IMG/VR virus record: IMGVR_UViG_3300042308_001511
Location: 62,001 to 126,000 of that record
Length of the DNA stretch: 64,000 nt
Strand: one strand, 5' to 3'
This document shows, in pieces, positions 1 to 9,315 of the stretch (the stretch's first letter is position 1; every line of letters begins with the position of its first letter). The notes beneath the pieces were generated by a model. That model saw only the letters and a list, made by a program, of their open reading frames with translations, was not told where the DNA came from and did no database searches. The translations under genes and the position numbers were made by a program.

Positions 1-170
1 CCATCCCACGATTTGTAGTCTGGGTGTCTTTGTGGATCATTCTCTTCACACGTTACATATTTCATAGGATTCTCCCAGTCGTAGTATTTTAGTTTTATTT
101 CTCCAGATTTGTCTACGTAGCTGGCTACCAGTTTTTTTGTATGTGTTAGGTATTGTGTCTCTATAAGCAT
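1..170 (-). CDS. N-terminal part of a gene running off the window, possibly a family-B DNA polymerase/exonuclease subunit
   Basis: Not in the ORF track. ATG at 170 reads MLIETQYLTHTKKLVASYVDKSGEIKLKYYDWENPMKYV...YKSWDG, open to the edge, with an AAAC-N17-TATAAA motif upstream. The PolB call rests only on recalled resemblance to huge-phage PolB N-termini; no catalytic motif is visible. Confidence 0.4.
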   Translation of the reverse strand, partial: MLIETQYLTHTKKLVASYVDKSGEIKLKYYDWENPMKYVTCEENDPQRHPDYKSWD

Positions 171-221
171 CTAATTGTGTATTTGTTGTTGTTTATATTT
201 TTGACTTTAACTATGTTTATG

Positions 222-734
222 TTAGAAGTCACAGTCGTAGTAATCCAATATTCCACCATCACTCTTTACGAATATTAGTTCGTCGCGTCTTACAAGTTGA
301 TAATCATAATGCCTTCCTAATTTGAACAGCGTTCTTATGAAAGGTATTCCTTCACCTTCGTTAACTTGTTTTTCTTCTATCATTAGACAAAGTATTTTTC
401 TGTCTTCCTCAGGATTGTAATTAACTACTTCATCTTCATGATCTCTTTCGAGTCCTTTTTTACCATATGTTATGAATGTTGATTCAAGTCTTTCACCACT
501 AGGTGTATACTCTATCCATACGTTGTCACCTATTTTTATATTGACATCTTCATCCTTTAAATAAACCCTTGTCCAGAAGTATACTTTCTCAGGTGTTACT
601 TCTACCTGTATTTCACTTACATCGTCACTCAAATCGGTGGTATCTACATCCTGTAGTTGTTCTCTTACAAAGTCGTAAAGAGATATTGGATCTCCAGACC
701 CAATAATGTATTCCTTTTCAGTACTAGTTTCCAT
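222..734 (-). CDS. hypothetical protein (acidic)
   Basis: 170 aa ORF in a tight minus-strand operon. Confidence 0.7.
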   Translation of the reverse strand: METSTEKEYIIGSGDPISLYDFVREQLQDVDTTDLSDDVSEIQVEVTPEKVYFWTRVYLKDEDVNIKIGDNVWIEYTPSGERLESTFITYGKKGLERDHEDEVVNYNPEEDRKILCLMIEEKQVNEGEGIPFIRTLFKLGRHYDYQLVRRDELIFVKSDGGILDYYDCDF

Positions 735-1008
735 TTTTTTCGTTTGTTTTTTTATATTCTAACCAAGACTCCAAACTTTCGTAGTCTCTTGATTTACCCG
801 CATCAAATGCTGCATTCAATTCTTTATAATTGTATTTTGGTATCGTCTTTGGTATTTCATAATTGTGGTTTCCATTCGACACAAAAGCTTGAAATAGTTT
901 CATCTCCTCATTATATGGTCCATATTTTTCCTCGTTACGGTTGTTTATTTCGATTACGATTTGGTGTGAAGGATTGTTAGGGTCAAGACCCTCGTTCAAT
1001 TTGCTCAT
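724..1008 (-). CDS. hypothetical protein
   Basis: 94 aa ORF overlapping both neighbours. Confidence 0.65.
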   Translation of the reverse strand: MSKLNEGLDPNNPSHQIVIEINNRNEEKYGPYNEEMKLFQAFVSNGNHNYEIPKTIPKYNYKELNAAFDAGKSRDYESLESWLEYKKTNEKNGN

Positions 1009-1571
1009 ATTATCTCGTTTATTTTTTTGTTTCTTACATATGCCTTAGTCCACTCTTCAAGACTCAACACACCGAAGTCTGGATCCTCCACGTTGTGCTC
1101 ACTACGTACAGGTGATCTAGGCAGCAAAGTAGCATACCTATTTTCCTGGTGTCGTATGTATTTGTCATAGTTTATACAATAACCTTTGTCGGTATTGTTG
1201 TTTTTGTCAGTATCCAATAAAAACTCTAAAACAAATACATCACACGGAATACTCCTAATAAGACGTACATACTCTACAAACGGATAGTCATCTATCAGAT
1301 TGTGTATCATAAGACCTTCAACAAATACAAAAGTGTTAGGTTCCTTCTCTACGAGTTCACGGACTAATGTCAATCTTTTTGAGTCCTCAACTATGTCGGT
1401 TGAAAGAGTGAATTTCCACGTGAACTTCGAGTCAGGATATGGCATAACCTTCTGAACTTCTCTATGTGTGAGAAGAATAGATTGGTAGCCAGAGGTTTCA
1501 AGTCTCTTAGTCATCTCGATAAAAAAATAGGTCTGACTATTTGTGTCAAGCTTTATTAGTGTGTTCGGCAT
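1005..1571 (-). CDS. hypothetical protein with C-terminal RxxxIxxI motif
   Basis: 188 aa, ends YVRNKKINEII; AAAC-N18-TATAAT-N4-ATG upstream. Confidence 0.7.
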   Translation of the reverse strand: MPNTLIKLDTNSQTYFFIEMTKRLETSGYQSILLTHREVQKVMPYPDSKFTWKFTLSTDIVEDSKRLTLVRELVEKEPNTFVFVEGLMIHNLIDDYPFVEYVRLIRSIPCDVFVLEFLLDTDKNNNTDKGYCINYDKYIRHQENRYATLLPRSPVRSEHNVEDPDFGVLSLEEWTKAYVRNKKINEII

Positions 1572-1603
1572 GACTATTATAAAGAGTAATCAACGGTAAG
1601 TTT

Positions 1604-2389
1604 TTAGTAGGGACAATACGGAATCCACTTTTCTTCAAACCAGAAAGTTCTTCCGGTGCTATCCTTTACCCCAACTCCTTTTTGGTAGAATACCCACTCA
1701 GAAAAGTCTTTTACATCACCACCGTTAGGATTATGCCAGTCTCTGAGTTGACCTCCATTATATTTGTATGCTTGTAATGGAATATCACAACACATATCGA
1801 GTATGTCTGGTCTTTTGTTTATAACATCTCTGGCTTTATCGAACGGATTTTCACCTAAGTAATAAAGTATAGTCGAACGAAGATAGTTGCCAATTCCATT
1901 AAAGTATTTCTGATCCAACAACGCCTCACAGATTGGTTTGTCGAATACCTTTTTGTGTAGGTTATTTAGTACATTTTCTTTAAAAACATCAAATTCTTTA
2001 GTCGGATCGGGACCTCTTTTTGTCGCAAATCCACCTACTTTATATTTAGGACCCATATAAGATCCATAAAGAAGTAATGAATATCCATCATCTGTATCGA
2101 GTCGGAAACGAACGAACCTGGTATCGTTCCACTTATCGGTAGTAACGAAAGCCCAGTTACCGGACATACCCATAAAAACGTGTACGTTTATCGATTTGTT
2201 CTCACTGTGTAGTCCTATTATAAGTTCTTTACCGAATGATTCCGCACTAACTATAAAGTCACCTTCTATGATGTTTGATTGTGTTGGTATATTACCTTTG
2301 GTAACGTCATATACCGTAGTGTATTTTCGTTTTTGAGACTTCGAGTTAATGAAGTCTGACATAATTTTCAATTCTGCTAATTCTGGCAT
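1604..2389 (-). CDS. nei: Fpg/Nei-family DNA glycosylase/AP lyase, NEIL1-like
   Basis: N-terminal MPE catalytic motif, GKEL, MGMSG, H2TH motif LLDQKYFNGIGNYLRS, and zincless-finger-type GRTFWF with no 4-Cys finger. Confidence 0.9.
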   Translation of the reverse strand: MPELAELKIMSDFINSKSQKRKYTTVYDVTKGNIPTQSNIIEGDFIVSAESFGKELIIGLHSENKSINVHVFMGMSGNWAFVTTDKWNDTRFVRFRLDTDDGYSLLLYGSYMGPKYKVGGFATKRGPDPTKEFDVFKENVLNNLHKKVFDKPICEALLDQKYFNGIGNYLRSTILYYLGENPFDKARDVINKRPDILDMCCDIPLQAYKYNGGQLRDWHNPNGGDVKDFSEWVFYQKGVGVKDSTGRTFWFEEKWIPYCPY

Positions 2390-2433
2390 GAAATAATCTA
2401 TTAGATTATTTATATACTATAATTAGAATCTGT

Positions 2434-3069
2434 TTAGAACTTATAGTTTTTTGTAGGTTTTCTACACTTCACTTGACTTTTTATATTGTTTAGCTCGGTG
2501 TTTCCAATCTCTAACCTTGCATTTTTTCTTTTTAGTACCAACCCTTCAACCATATCTATTTTAGTTATTTCATCATACTTATCTTTGAATTTATTAAGGT
2601 ATGATTTAACCCGGTATACATTTTCTGATACTGAGTAAAGGTATTCGTGTTCTGATGAATTTACACCAAACATTTCGTCAAGTATGTTAGATCTTTGTTC
2701 AAACGTTTTTGTTATTAGGTAGTCACCATCATTTACGAGTATATCGAATATAACCAGTTTGTGATTGAATGTTTTTCCAGTTCCGTCTCTTTTTGATTTA
2801 TTCATATACTCTCCGTTTATTACGGTCCAACCACCAGTGCCTTTATACAATTTTAGTATTTCTTCACTAGGTATCTCGAATTTCGTAAGAGGTTGTGAGT
2901 GTCTATTCATAACCTTTATATTCTTACCATCTGTAAATATTAAACAATTTGAACCATCCAATTTAGGTTGTCCAAACATTGTGTTGTTATCATATGAGTT
3001 CAAATCCAAAGAAGGTATTGCATTCTTCGGTCTTGGAGGATAGATGTATCTATATACTGGATATTTCAT
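2434..3069 (-). CDS. minimal ATP-dependent ligase (nucleotidyltransferase domain only)
   Basis: Motif I QPKLDG, III NGEY, IIIa FDIL, IV EGLVLK, V VKCRK; no OB domain. Confidence 0.8.
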   Translation of the reverse strand: MKYPVYRYIYPPRPKNAIPSLDLNSYDNNTMFGQPKLDGSNCLIFTDGKNIKVMNRHSQPLTKFEIPSEEILKLYKGTGGWTVINGEYMNKSKRDGTGKTFNHKLVIFDILVNDGDYLITKTFEQRSNILDEMFGVNSSEHEYLYSVSENVYRVKSYLNKFKDKYDEITKIDMVEGLVLKRKNARLEIGNTELNNIKSQVKCRKPTKNYKF

Positions 3070-3102
3070 TTGTCTGTTTTTGACAAATGTAAGGAAATTT
3101 TC

Positions 3103-3903
3103 TTATAGATTTATATAAATATGTTTTTCTAAACGTTCTATCAACTCACCTTTTCCGATACTTTTTGGACCTGCTGTATTATTGTGTTCCCATTCTATCG
3201 AATCTATCGCCGATATTAATTTGGGTAAATCTATTTTAGATTTTATAAAATAATGTGATTGTTCTGATTTGTTATCGACTTCTAAGTAGTGTCTACCGGC
3301 ATAAAACCCAACTCTTCTGAATGCAAAGTCGGCTTCTGATTTATTTACAAATTCAAATAGATTGCTAGACTTTTTATAAACCTTTAATTCTCTAAGATAA
3401 TCTAATCTGTTCCATATTTGGAAAACACAAGGTACTTTATATACGTTTCCTTCCAATGTGAAAGAATCATCTGGAAGATCCATCTCGTATATTAAATGAT
3501 ACTCTAATGGTATTTTGTTTTTTATAGTGTCTTTTTTGAAAGACTTTGGAAGTATGAATGCTATAGTTTCTGCACCAATATCTGCAGCTTTTTTCAAAAA
3601 CTTAAGTGCCAGAGTTCCCTGATTACCGAAAGGTGGATTACCGACAACGAGTATTTTACCTGATAAATCCGAAGGATCAAATTCTAACCAATTTTGTTTT
3701 TTGACTCGTTTTGATTCTGGTGCAATATCAAATGATAATAGGTTTGTGTGATTTATCTTTTCTGTGAATGCACCACCTCCGGCAGATGGCTCTATAACGA
3801 CGTCAAAATTATTAAGTTCGATTTTAGAAAGAACATCTAATACGGTTTTTTCTTTTGTGTAGAATTTATCGTTCTCATTTCTTTTGTTACGGTTGTATGC
3901 CAT
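3103..3903 (-). CDS. N6-adenine/N4-cytosine DNA methyltransferase
   Basis: EPSAGGG SAM-binding motif and GNPPF catalytic motif. Confidence 0.85.
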   Translation of the reverse strand: MAYNRNKRNENDKFYTKEKTVLDVLSKIELNNFDVVIEPSAGGGAFTEKINHTNLLSFDIAPESKRVKKQNWLEFDPSDLSGKILVVGNPPFGNQGTLALKFLKKAADIGAETIAFILPKSFKKDTIKNKIPLEYHLIYEMDLPDDSFTLEGNVYKVPCVFQIWNRLDYLRELKVYKKSSNLFEFVNKSEADFAFRRVGFYAGRHYLEVDNKSEQSHYFIKSKIDLPKLISAIDSIEWEHNNTAGPKSIGKGELIERLEKHIYINL

Positions 3904-3965
3904 CTATATTATAGATATATATTCACCAATTTGTTTAGATAAAATAACAAACATTAAATTACTTT

Positions 3966-4148
3966 TTAAATTCCGATAGATACCAAAACATCGTTTCTTT
4001 TCTCGGCCTTTGTTTTCTCGACCGGACGAATCTCGTGGTAGCAGTTGATACAATCGCGAACATATTTCTTAGCATCAGATATGCTCTCAAACTCTCCAAA
4101 TCTGAAGAAATTCGTACTCGTTCCGAGCCAAAGTTCACATTTCTTCTT
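3966..4148 (-). CDS. small hypothetical protein with C-terminal RxxxLxxIGI motif
   Basis: Ends EKRNDVLVSIGI; true start probably MAAKKK (ATG near 4157), so the start coordinate is approximate. Confidence 0.55.
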   Translation of the reverse strand, partial: KKKCELWLGTSTNFFRFGEFESISDAKKYVRDCINCYHEIRPVEKTKAEKRNDVLVSIGI

Positions 4149-4159
4149 AGCCGCCATAA

Positions 4160-4351
4160 TCAGAAAGGTAAGTCGTTTTCGATAGGTTTGAAAATACCAC
4201 ATTTAGACTTCAAATGACAATCAATCTTATTGACCTCATCCATATACTGTTGTGCCTTCCAGTCGTCCATCATTCTCAATAAGTCAACCATTTGTTGATC
4301 ATCAATTGGTCTTTCTAATAAATCGTATGCTATGTTATCAATGTTTGTCAT
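4160..4351 (-). CDS. hypothetical protein
   Basis: 63 aa; TATATTCG box upstream. Confidence 0.5.
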   Translation of the reverse strand: MTNIDNIAYDLLERPIDDQQMVDLLRMMDDWKAQQYMDEVNKIDCHLKSKCGIFKPIENDLPF

Positions 4352-4407
4352 ATCTTTTTCTTTTTACGAATATACGGAACTTTGTATTTCTTTTTAATAT
4401 AAAGTGC

Positions 4408-5025
4408 ATGAGAATTGAGGATTTTTTTGTCGAGGTAAAATCTCCTATATCCTGCCATAGTGGTGGAGCAGAAGGAGCAGACACTGAGTTTGAACTCGGA
4501 TGTGTCAATATGGGAATACCTGTTTATGCATACTCCTGGAAGACGGAAAGACATAAATCACCCAACAAAGTAGAGATTTCATTAGATGATTTCAGAGAAG
4601 GATCTGAAAAAGTTAAGTCTGCTGCAAAAAGTATTGGAAGAAAAGGTGTAGAAAGACACATAAATCTTTTGGCACGTAACTGGGCACAGGTTAAATATTC
4701 TATGCAAGTCTTTGCAGTATCAACTATAGTTGCACCAGGGCATACTGAACCGAAAGGTCGAGTATCCACCGCTAAGAAAGAAATTGTTGCAGGTGGGACA
4801 GGATATGCTGTGGAGATGGCAATATTACACGAAAGAGAAGTATATGTGTTTGATCAGGTAAAGTGTGAATGGTTTGTGTGGTCTTATTCTTCTGAACGCT
4901 TCGTTCCATCTAAAGAACCATTAGTAACCAAACCATTTGCAGGAATTGGTTCTCGGCAGTTAACTCTGGAAGGAACCGAAGCCATAAAATCATTGTTAAA
5001 AAGGAGCTTCAGTTCTACTAAATAG
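4408..5025 (+). CDS. SLOG/DprA-like nucleotide-binding fold protein
   Basis: HSGGAEGAD and GGTGYAV motifs; start reassigned to ATG 4408 after TATAAA-N4. Confidence 0.6.
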   Translation: MRIEDFFVEVKSPISCHSGGAEGADTEFELGCVNMGIPVYAYSWKTERHKSPNKVEISLDDFREGSEKVKSAAKSIGRKGVERHINLLARNWAQVKYSMQVFAVSTIVAPGHTEPKGRVSTAKKEIVAGGTGYAVEMAILHEREVYVFDQVKCEWFVWSYSSERFVPSKEPLVTKPFAGIGSRQLTLEGTEAIKSLLKRSFSSTK

Positions 5026-5028
5026 TAT

Positions 5029-5880
5029 ATGGCAACATTAGTAATATATTCAAACAAAGCATACGAACATATGGTCGACTCATTTTTGGCGTCTAGGTCA
5101 TATGCTGATGCAGAGTCTCATACCGTCGTTTTTTATATGATAGGTTATGATTCCGATATAGAATACCCAAATTTGGTCAAACGTAGGTGGGATCCACCGG
5201 TCGAAAGACAAAACTTTCAATTCTACAAACCACACATAATGTTACAATCATTAGAGTTTGAAGGTGATCTTATATACTTTGACACCGATATACTAATTGG
5301 TAAAAGGTTCAATCCCTCAAAACTGACTACTGAAAAGGATTACCCTATAGCATGTGCGGGTCCTCTAAACTTTGTTTACTATTGGGAGATGCACCAAGAT
5401 GGAACTACCTCACAGTATGACGAATCTATGCTTAAGGAATATCTTGGTGTAAGTGATAGAACAACACACTACCTTTGGACTTCTATGTTGTGTTACAATT
5501 CTTCGTGTAGAGACTTCTTACAGGAGTGGTGTTCTATCGTTGATAATAGTTATTTTCACCGAGACGGAAAGTCCAGACACTATTTCCCATTTGGAGATGA
5601 AACTGCGTTTAACGTTCTTATATGGAAAAGAGGCTACACAGATTTTCTACCAAGATATTTCGTTAACACAACGGTATTCGAAACATTGGTTGAAGTAGAA
5701 AGTGATGACTCCTACAATTACTACCTCGATAACACATTCAATAATCATACTCCACTCTATGAGATATATGAGAGATGTGACGATTCGAGTATTGTTCAGT
5801 TCTACCACGGTATAAAAGATCCAGGTCAAATAATAAAGGTGATGTCTTGGATGATTGTAAACAAAAAATCCTTATATTAG
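5029..5880 (+). CDS. GT-A-fold glycosyltransferase-like protein
   Basis: KP motif, YFDTD (DxD), GDETAFN and C-terminal FYHG, as in GT8/GT77-like enzymes. Confidence 0.6.
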   Translation: MATLVIYSNKAYEHMVDSFLASRSYADAESHTVVFYMIGYDSDIEYPNLVKRRWDPPVERQNFQFYKPHIMLQSLEFEGDLIYFDTDILIGKRFNPSKLTTEKDYPIACAGPLNFVYYWEMHQDGTTSQYDESMLKEYLGVSDRTTHYLWTSMLCYNSSCRDFLQEWCSIVDNSYFHRDGKSRHYFPFGDETAFNVLIWKRGYTDFLPRYFVNTTVFETLVEVESDDSYNYYLDNTFNNHTPLYEIYERCDDSSIVQFYHGIKDPGQIIKVMSWMIVNKKSLY

Positions 5881-5884
5881 CAGT

Positions 5885-7222
5885 ATGGTAAAAGTAGTAG
5901 AAATTGTAAAGATAACAAGACTGGTTCCGGTTTATAAGGACGGTCAAGAAGCGAACTCAATCTCGGTTGCTAAGTTCGAGTTTGCTGATGGAGGTGAATG
6001 TGGGTTCAATGTAATCGCACAGAAAGGTTTGTATGAGATTGGTTCTAAGGCCGTTTACATACAACCAGATTATTGTTTGTCTGATAATGAATTGTTTTCC
6101 AGTTTTATTGCACCTGGTGGTGAACCGAAAAAAAGTAGACTTGGAAAACAAAACAGAATACGTGCAATCAAATTTAACTTCCAATTTGAAGGAAGTAGTG
6201 ATCCAATTTATTCAAATGGTATTCTTATGCCACTTTCAGAAGTAGAAGATTTTCTAAATAATTCGGATCCTGAAAACTATTGTTTTTATAGTGATTTACC
6301 TTCACCGAATGCTTATTCTAAAATAGAAGATATAGAAGATTTGGCAGAGAAACTCGGTGTTACAAAATATGAAGAACCGGAAAGTGCGGGGTCAGGATTG
6401 GCTGCTGGTGAATTCCCTTCATTTATGTATAAAACGGATGAACCGAATGCGCTCAATTTAGTTTCACATATCAAACGTGTAATTGAGGAAGGACAAGAAC
6501 TTGGTATAACAATCAAAAGAGATGGTTCTTCACATACAACATACTTCAAATTAAAAGATGATGAGTGGAAAGTTGGTGTTTGTTCACGTTCTATGGAAAA
6601 GAAGATGGAACAATTACAAACAACTGGATACGTTTCATCAGAGGGTTTAGAGTATAGAAAACACTTTGATCGTGATACTATGACGAAAGGTTGGTTCTGT
6701 GAGACGAACGGTGAGTTTATTACTGATAATATCGCAGAGGAGACACTAACACCTATACAGAAAGAGGTGAAAGACTCCTGGGTAGAACTGGCTAAAAACT
6801 CAGGATTACTCGATAAAGGACTCGAATATTGTAAAGAGTATGGTGTTCAACTAGCATTCCGTGGAGAGATTATAGGACAGGGATTGAAAGGATCAGGAAA
6901 CAAAGTGAATCCAGATGCAAACGAAAAACAAAAACTCGTTCTTTTCGGAATTGATGATTTATCTGAGGGATATTCTAAGAGAATCAACTACTCTTCTCCA
7001 CACAATTTGAGATATGTTGCAAATCTTCTTGGTGTTGAATACACACAGGCACACATCGCGAAGTTTCCGACTTACGAGGCATTGTGTGAATATTGTGAAG
7101 GTATATTTGTGAAAGAGAAAGCAGAAGGAAGAATCATCGAAGGTGTCGTAATACGAACGATGTATACCAACGATTTATCTTGCAAATATATGAACGCGGA
7201 GTATGACAGTCTTAAGAAGTAG
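5885..7222 (+). CDS. RNA ligase, DRB0094/Rnl5-like family
   Basis: N-terminal OB-like domain, KRDGSS (motif I), VCSR, FRGEI, EGVVIR, CKYMNAEY. Confidence 0.85.
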   Translation: MVKVVEIVKITRLVPVYKDGQEANSISVAKFEFADGGECGFNVIAQKGLYEIGSKAVYIQPDYCLSDNELFSSFIAPGGEPKKSRLGKQNRIRAIKFNFQFEGSSDPIYSNGILMPLSEVEDFLNNSDPENYCFYSDLPSPNAYSKIEDIEDLAEKLGVTKYEEPESAGSGLAAGEFPSFMYKTDEPNALNLVSHIKRVIEEGQELGITIKRDGSSHTTYFKLKDDEWKVGVCSRSMEKKMEQLQTTGYVSSEGLEYRKHFDRDTMTKGWFCETNGEFITDNIAEETLTPIQKEVKDSWVELAKNSGLLDKGLEYCKEYGVQLAFRGEIIGQGLKGSGNKVNPDANEKQKLVLFGIDDLSEGYSKRINYSSPHNLRYVANLLGVEYTQAHIAKFPTYEALCEYCEGIFVKEKAEGRIIEGVVIRTMYTNDLSCKYMNAEYDSLKK

Positions 7223-7231
7223 GAGTTATAT

Positions 7232-7477
7232 ATGACAAAGAACGATTTCATAGAGTTGTTGAAGAGCCACGCCGATAACGCTGGCTCTAGTCGTGGAAGA
7301 TTCGTCACCTACGGTCAGAACGAGAACAACTGGTCTTACGTAAGACCTACGGTAGATTGTTTCGAGCCGACCATAAATCTTACTAAAGAGGGTTCTGTTG
7401 AGTATTGGAACTACGGGTCCGAAACTCCGGATGTCTACACATACGAAGATTTTGCAAAGATGTATTACCTTATTTGA
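7232..7477 (+). CDS. hypothetical protein
   Basis: 81 aa ORF in operon. Confidence 0.6.
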   Translation: MTKNDFIELLKSHADNAGSSRGRFVTYGQNENNWSYVRPTVDCFEPTINLTKEGSVEYWNYGSETPDVYTYEDFAKMYYLI

Positions 7478-7499
7478 TTATTATAACTATATTAGCAAT

Positions 7500-7922
7500 A
7501 TGGAAAAAAACTTATACATAGTGAGGGGATTGCCAGGATCCGGTAAGTCAACACTGGCATTATCTTTGGTGTATCACGATTTCCTCGTTTGTGAAGCAGA
7601 TAAATACTTCATTGATAAAGAGACTGGTGAGTACAAGTTCGATGCGAAGTTCATAAAGAACGCACACGATTTTTGTAGAAACACCGTCGAACAATATATG
7701 AAAGATAATCAGGTGAATGATCAATTCTACACCAGGATTGCAGTTTCCAACACATTCACTCAGGAGTGGGAGATGGAGCCATACTTTGAACTTGCTAAGA
7801 AATATGGATACAGGGTTTTTTCAATTGTAGTTGAGAACAGACACGGTGGAAAAGACATACATAATGTTCCGCAAGCAGCATTAGATGCTATGGAGAATAG
7901 ATTTCAGCTTAAGTTGATATGA
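7500..7922 (+). CDS. AAA_33/N4BP2-like P-loop kinase (putative polynucleotide kinase)
   Basis: RGLPGSGKST Walker A, EADKYF, VSNTFTQEWE, HNVP; start moved to ATG 7500. Confidence 0.8.
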   Translation: MEKNLYIVRGLPGSGKSTLALSLVYHDFLVCEADKYFIDKETGEYKFDAKFIKNAHDFCRNTVEQYMKDNQVNDQFYTRIAVSNTFTQEWEMEPYFELAKKYGYRVFSIVVENRHGGKDIHNVPQAALDAMENRFQLKLI

Positions 7923-8359
7923 AACTTGGATTAGATATACACGGTGTAATAGACAAAAAACCAGAGGACTTTGCTTCTCTGGCTTCTGCCGTTATTTGGA
8001 CCGGAGGTGAGGTACATATAATAACCGGTGGTTCGGTGACCGAAGATATGAAAGAGAAGGTCAAAGCCTTTGGTGTTGCTTGGACACATTTCTTCTCGGT
8101 GTATGATTATATGGAATCTATTGATGAGCAACAAGTTGGTGTTATACAGTTTCCAGATGGGACGGTTCAGAAGAAATTCGATCCTGAAAAATGGGATATG
8201 GTAAAGGCCGATTATTGCAAGAGGAATTCAATAGACCTACACATCGATGATACAGATACATATGGTGTTCATTTCAAAACACCATTTATGTTGTTCTCTG
8301 CAAACGACGGAAGTGAGAAAATATCACACGTCGAGATAATGAAATGTTTATGTCCTTAA
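7919..8359 (+). CDS. HAD-superfamily phosphatase-like protein
   Basis: LGLDIHGVI (atypical motif I), ITG, K, HIDD. Confidence 0.65.
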   Translation: MKLGLDIHGVIDKKPEDFASLASAVIWTGGEVHIITGGSVTEDMKEKVKAFGVAWTHFFSVYDYMESIDEQQVGVIQFPDGTVQKKFDPEKWDMVKADYCKRNSIDLHIDDTDTYGVHFKTPFMLFSANDGSEKISHVEIMKCLCP

Positions 8360-8733
8360 AGAAGTATAAAAAACTGAACAGGAATGAGTCTGGATTGACA
8401 CCGAAGAGGATTGTCGGGCACACTAACATCTGTTACTTTCTCGAGTTCGGTGATGGTATTAGTTACTATGACTACTATTGGTATAATGAAGATGTATCAT
8501 ATTGGGAACCAGATTACTACGACAATGATTTTGAAATACCTGTTTATGTAGAGTGGATCGAAAAACGTGGAGGACGTGTAACAATCGACAAAAGAAAGAT
8601 TGGCTCTTATATACCCGAGGAGGCCTGGTTGGGAAAGGATGGTCGTAGGAATAAGTTGATTGACTCGCTATTCGAGGACGTGCCGAATAATAAAAATACC
8701 ATTGGAAACATAACTGGGTTTGGTGAGAATTAA
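8344..8733 (+). CDS. hypothetical protein with near-C-terminal RxxxIxxL motif
   Basis: GRRNKLIDSLFED. Confidence 0.55.
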   Translation: MFMSLKKYKKLNRNESGLTPKRIVGHTNICYFLEFGDGISYYDYYWYNEDVSYWEPDYYDNDFEIPVYVEWIEKRGGRVTIDKRKIGSYIPEEAWLGKDGRRNKLIDSLFEDVPNNKNTIGNITGFGEN

Positions 8734-8769
8734 ATGTTTTGCTATATTCGTATTCTAAAAACAATAGAT

Positions 8770-9003
8770 ATGGCAACCAAAGGAACACTATTATCATACA
8801 AACAGAAAGAATACTCTGGTGTTGTTAAAGAGATGAAAGAAAACTGCATCGTTGAGTATCCTGCTAAAGACGACGGTGAGAATGGAATTAGTTCTGTGGT
8901 GATTGAGGCACCAATAGACTTCGTTGATAAGATGTTACAGGAATACACTGGTCAGAATGTTACTATCAAAGTAACCGTAGAGATTACATCTAACACCATC
9001 TGA
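8770..9003 (+). CDS. hypothetical protein
   Basis: Start MATKG downstream of TATATTCG box. Confidence 0.6.
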   Translation: MATKGTLLSYKQKEYSGVVKEMKENCIVEYPAKDDGENGISSVVIEAPIDFVDKMLQEYTGQNVTIKVTVEITSNTI

Positions 9004-9005
9004 TT

Positions 9006-9284
9006 ATGTATAATGAGGAACAAAAGGAGAGTATATTAAGACTCGCCAATACCATAGACAAATTCCTTACCGACAAAGGAGTCAAGCCCGCATGTCCTAC
9101 GATTGATGCTGAGAAGATTATTGTTGAGAATAAACAACATCTTACCTTCTACGTAAATCCACACAACTTAGGTTGGTACGTCGATAGTCAATTCCGTCGT
9201 GTACATGGCGAGACACTGCTCGTAGACGGAAGTGTAATAGAGACTTCATTGAGGGAAATTGCATTGAATAGTATTGGTATATGA
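9006..9284 (+). CDS. hypothetical protein with C-terminal RxxxLxxIGI motif
   Basis: Ends SLREIALNSIGI. Confidence 0.65.
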   Translation: MYNEEQKESILRLANTIDKFLTDKGVKPACPTIDAEKIIVENKQHLTFYVNPHNLGWYVDSQFRRVHGETLLVDGSVIETSLREIALNSIGI

Positions 9285-9315
9285 AAAAAAACCACCGGAA
9301 TGGGTGGTTTTTTTT
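9284..9315. terminator. bidirectional intrinsic terminator
   Basis: A8-CCACC-ggaatg-GGTGG-T8 between convergent genes. Confidence 0.85.
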
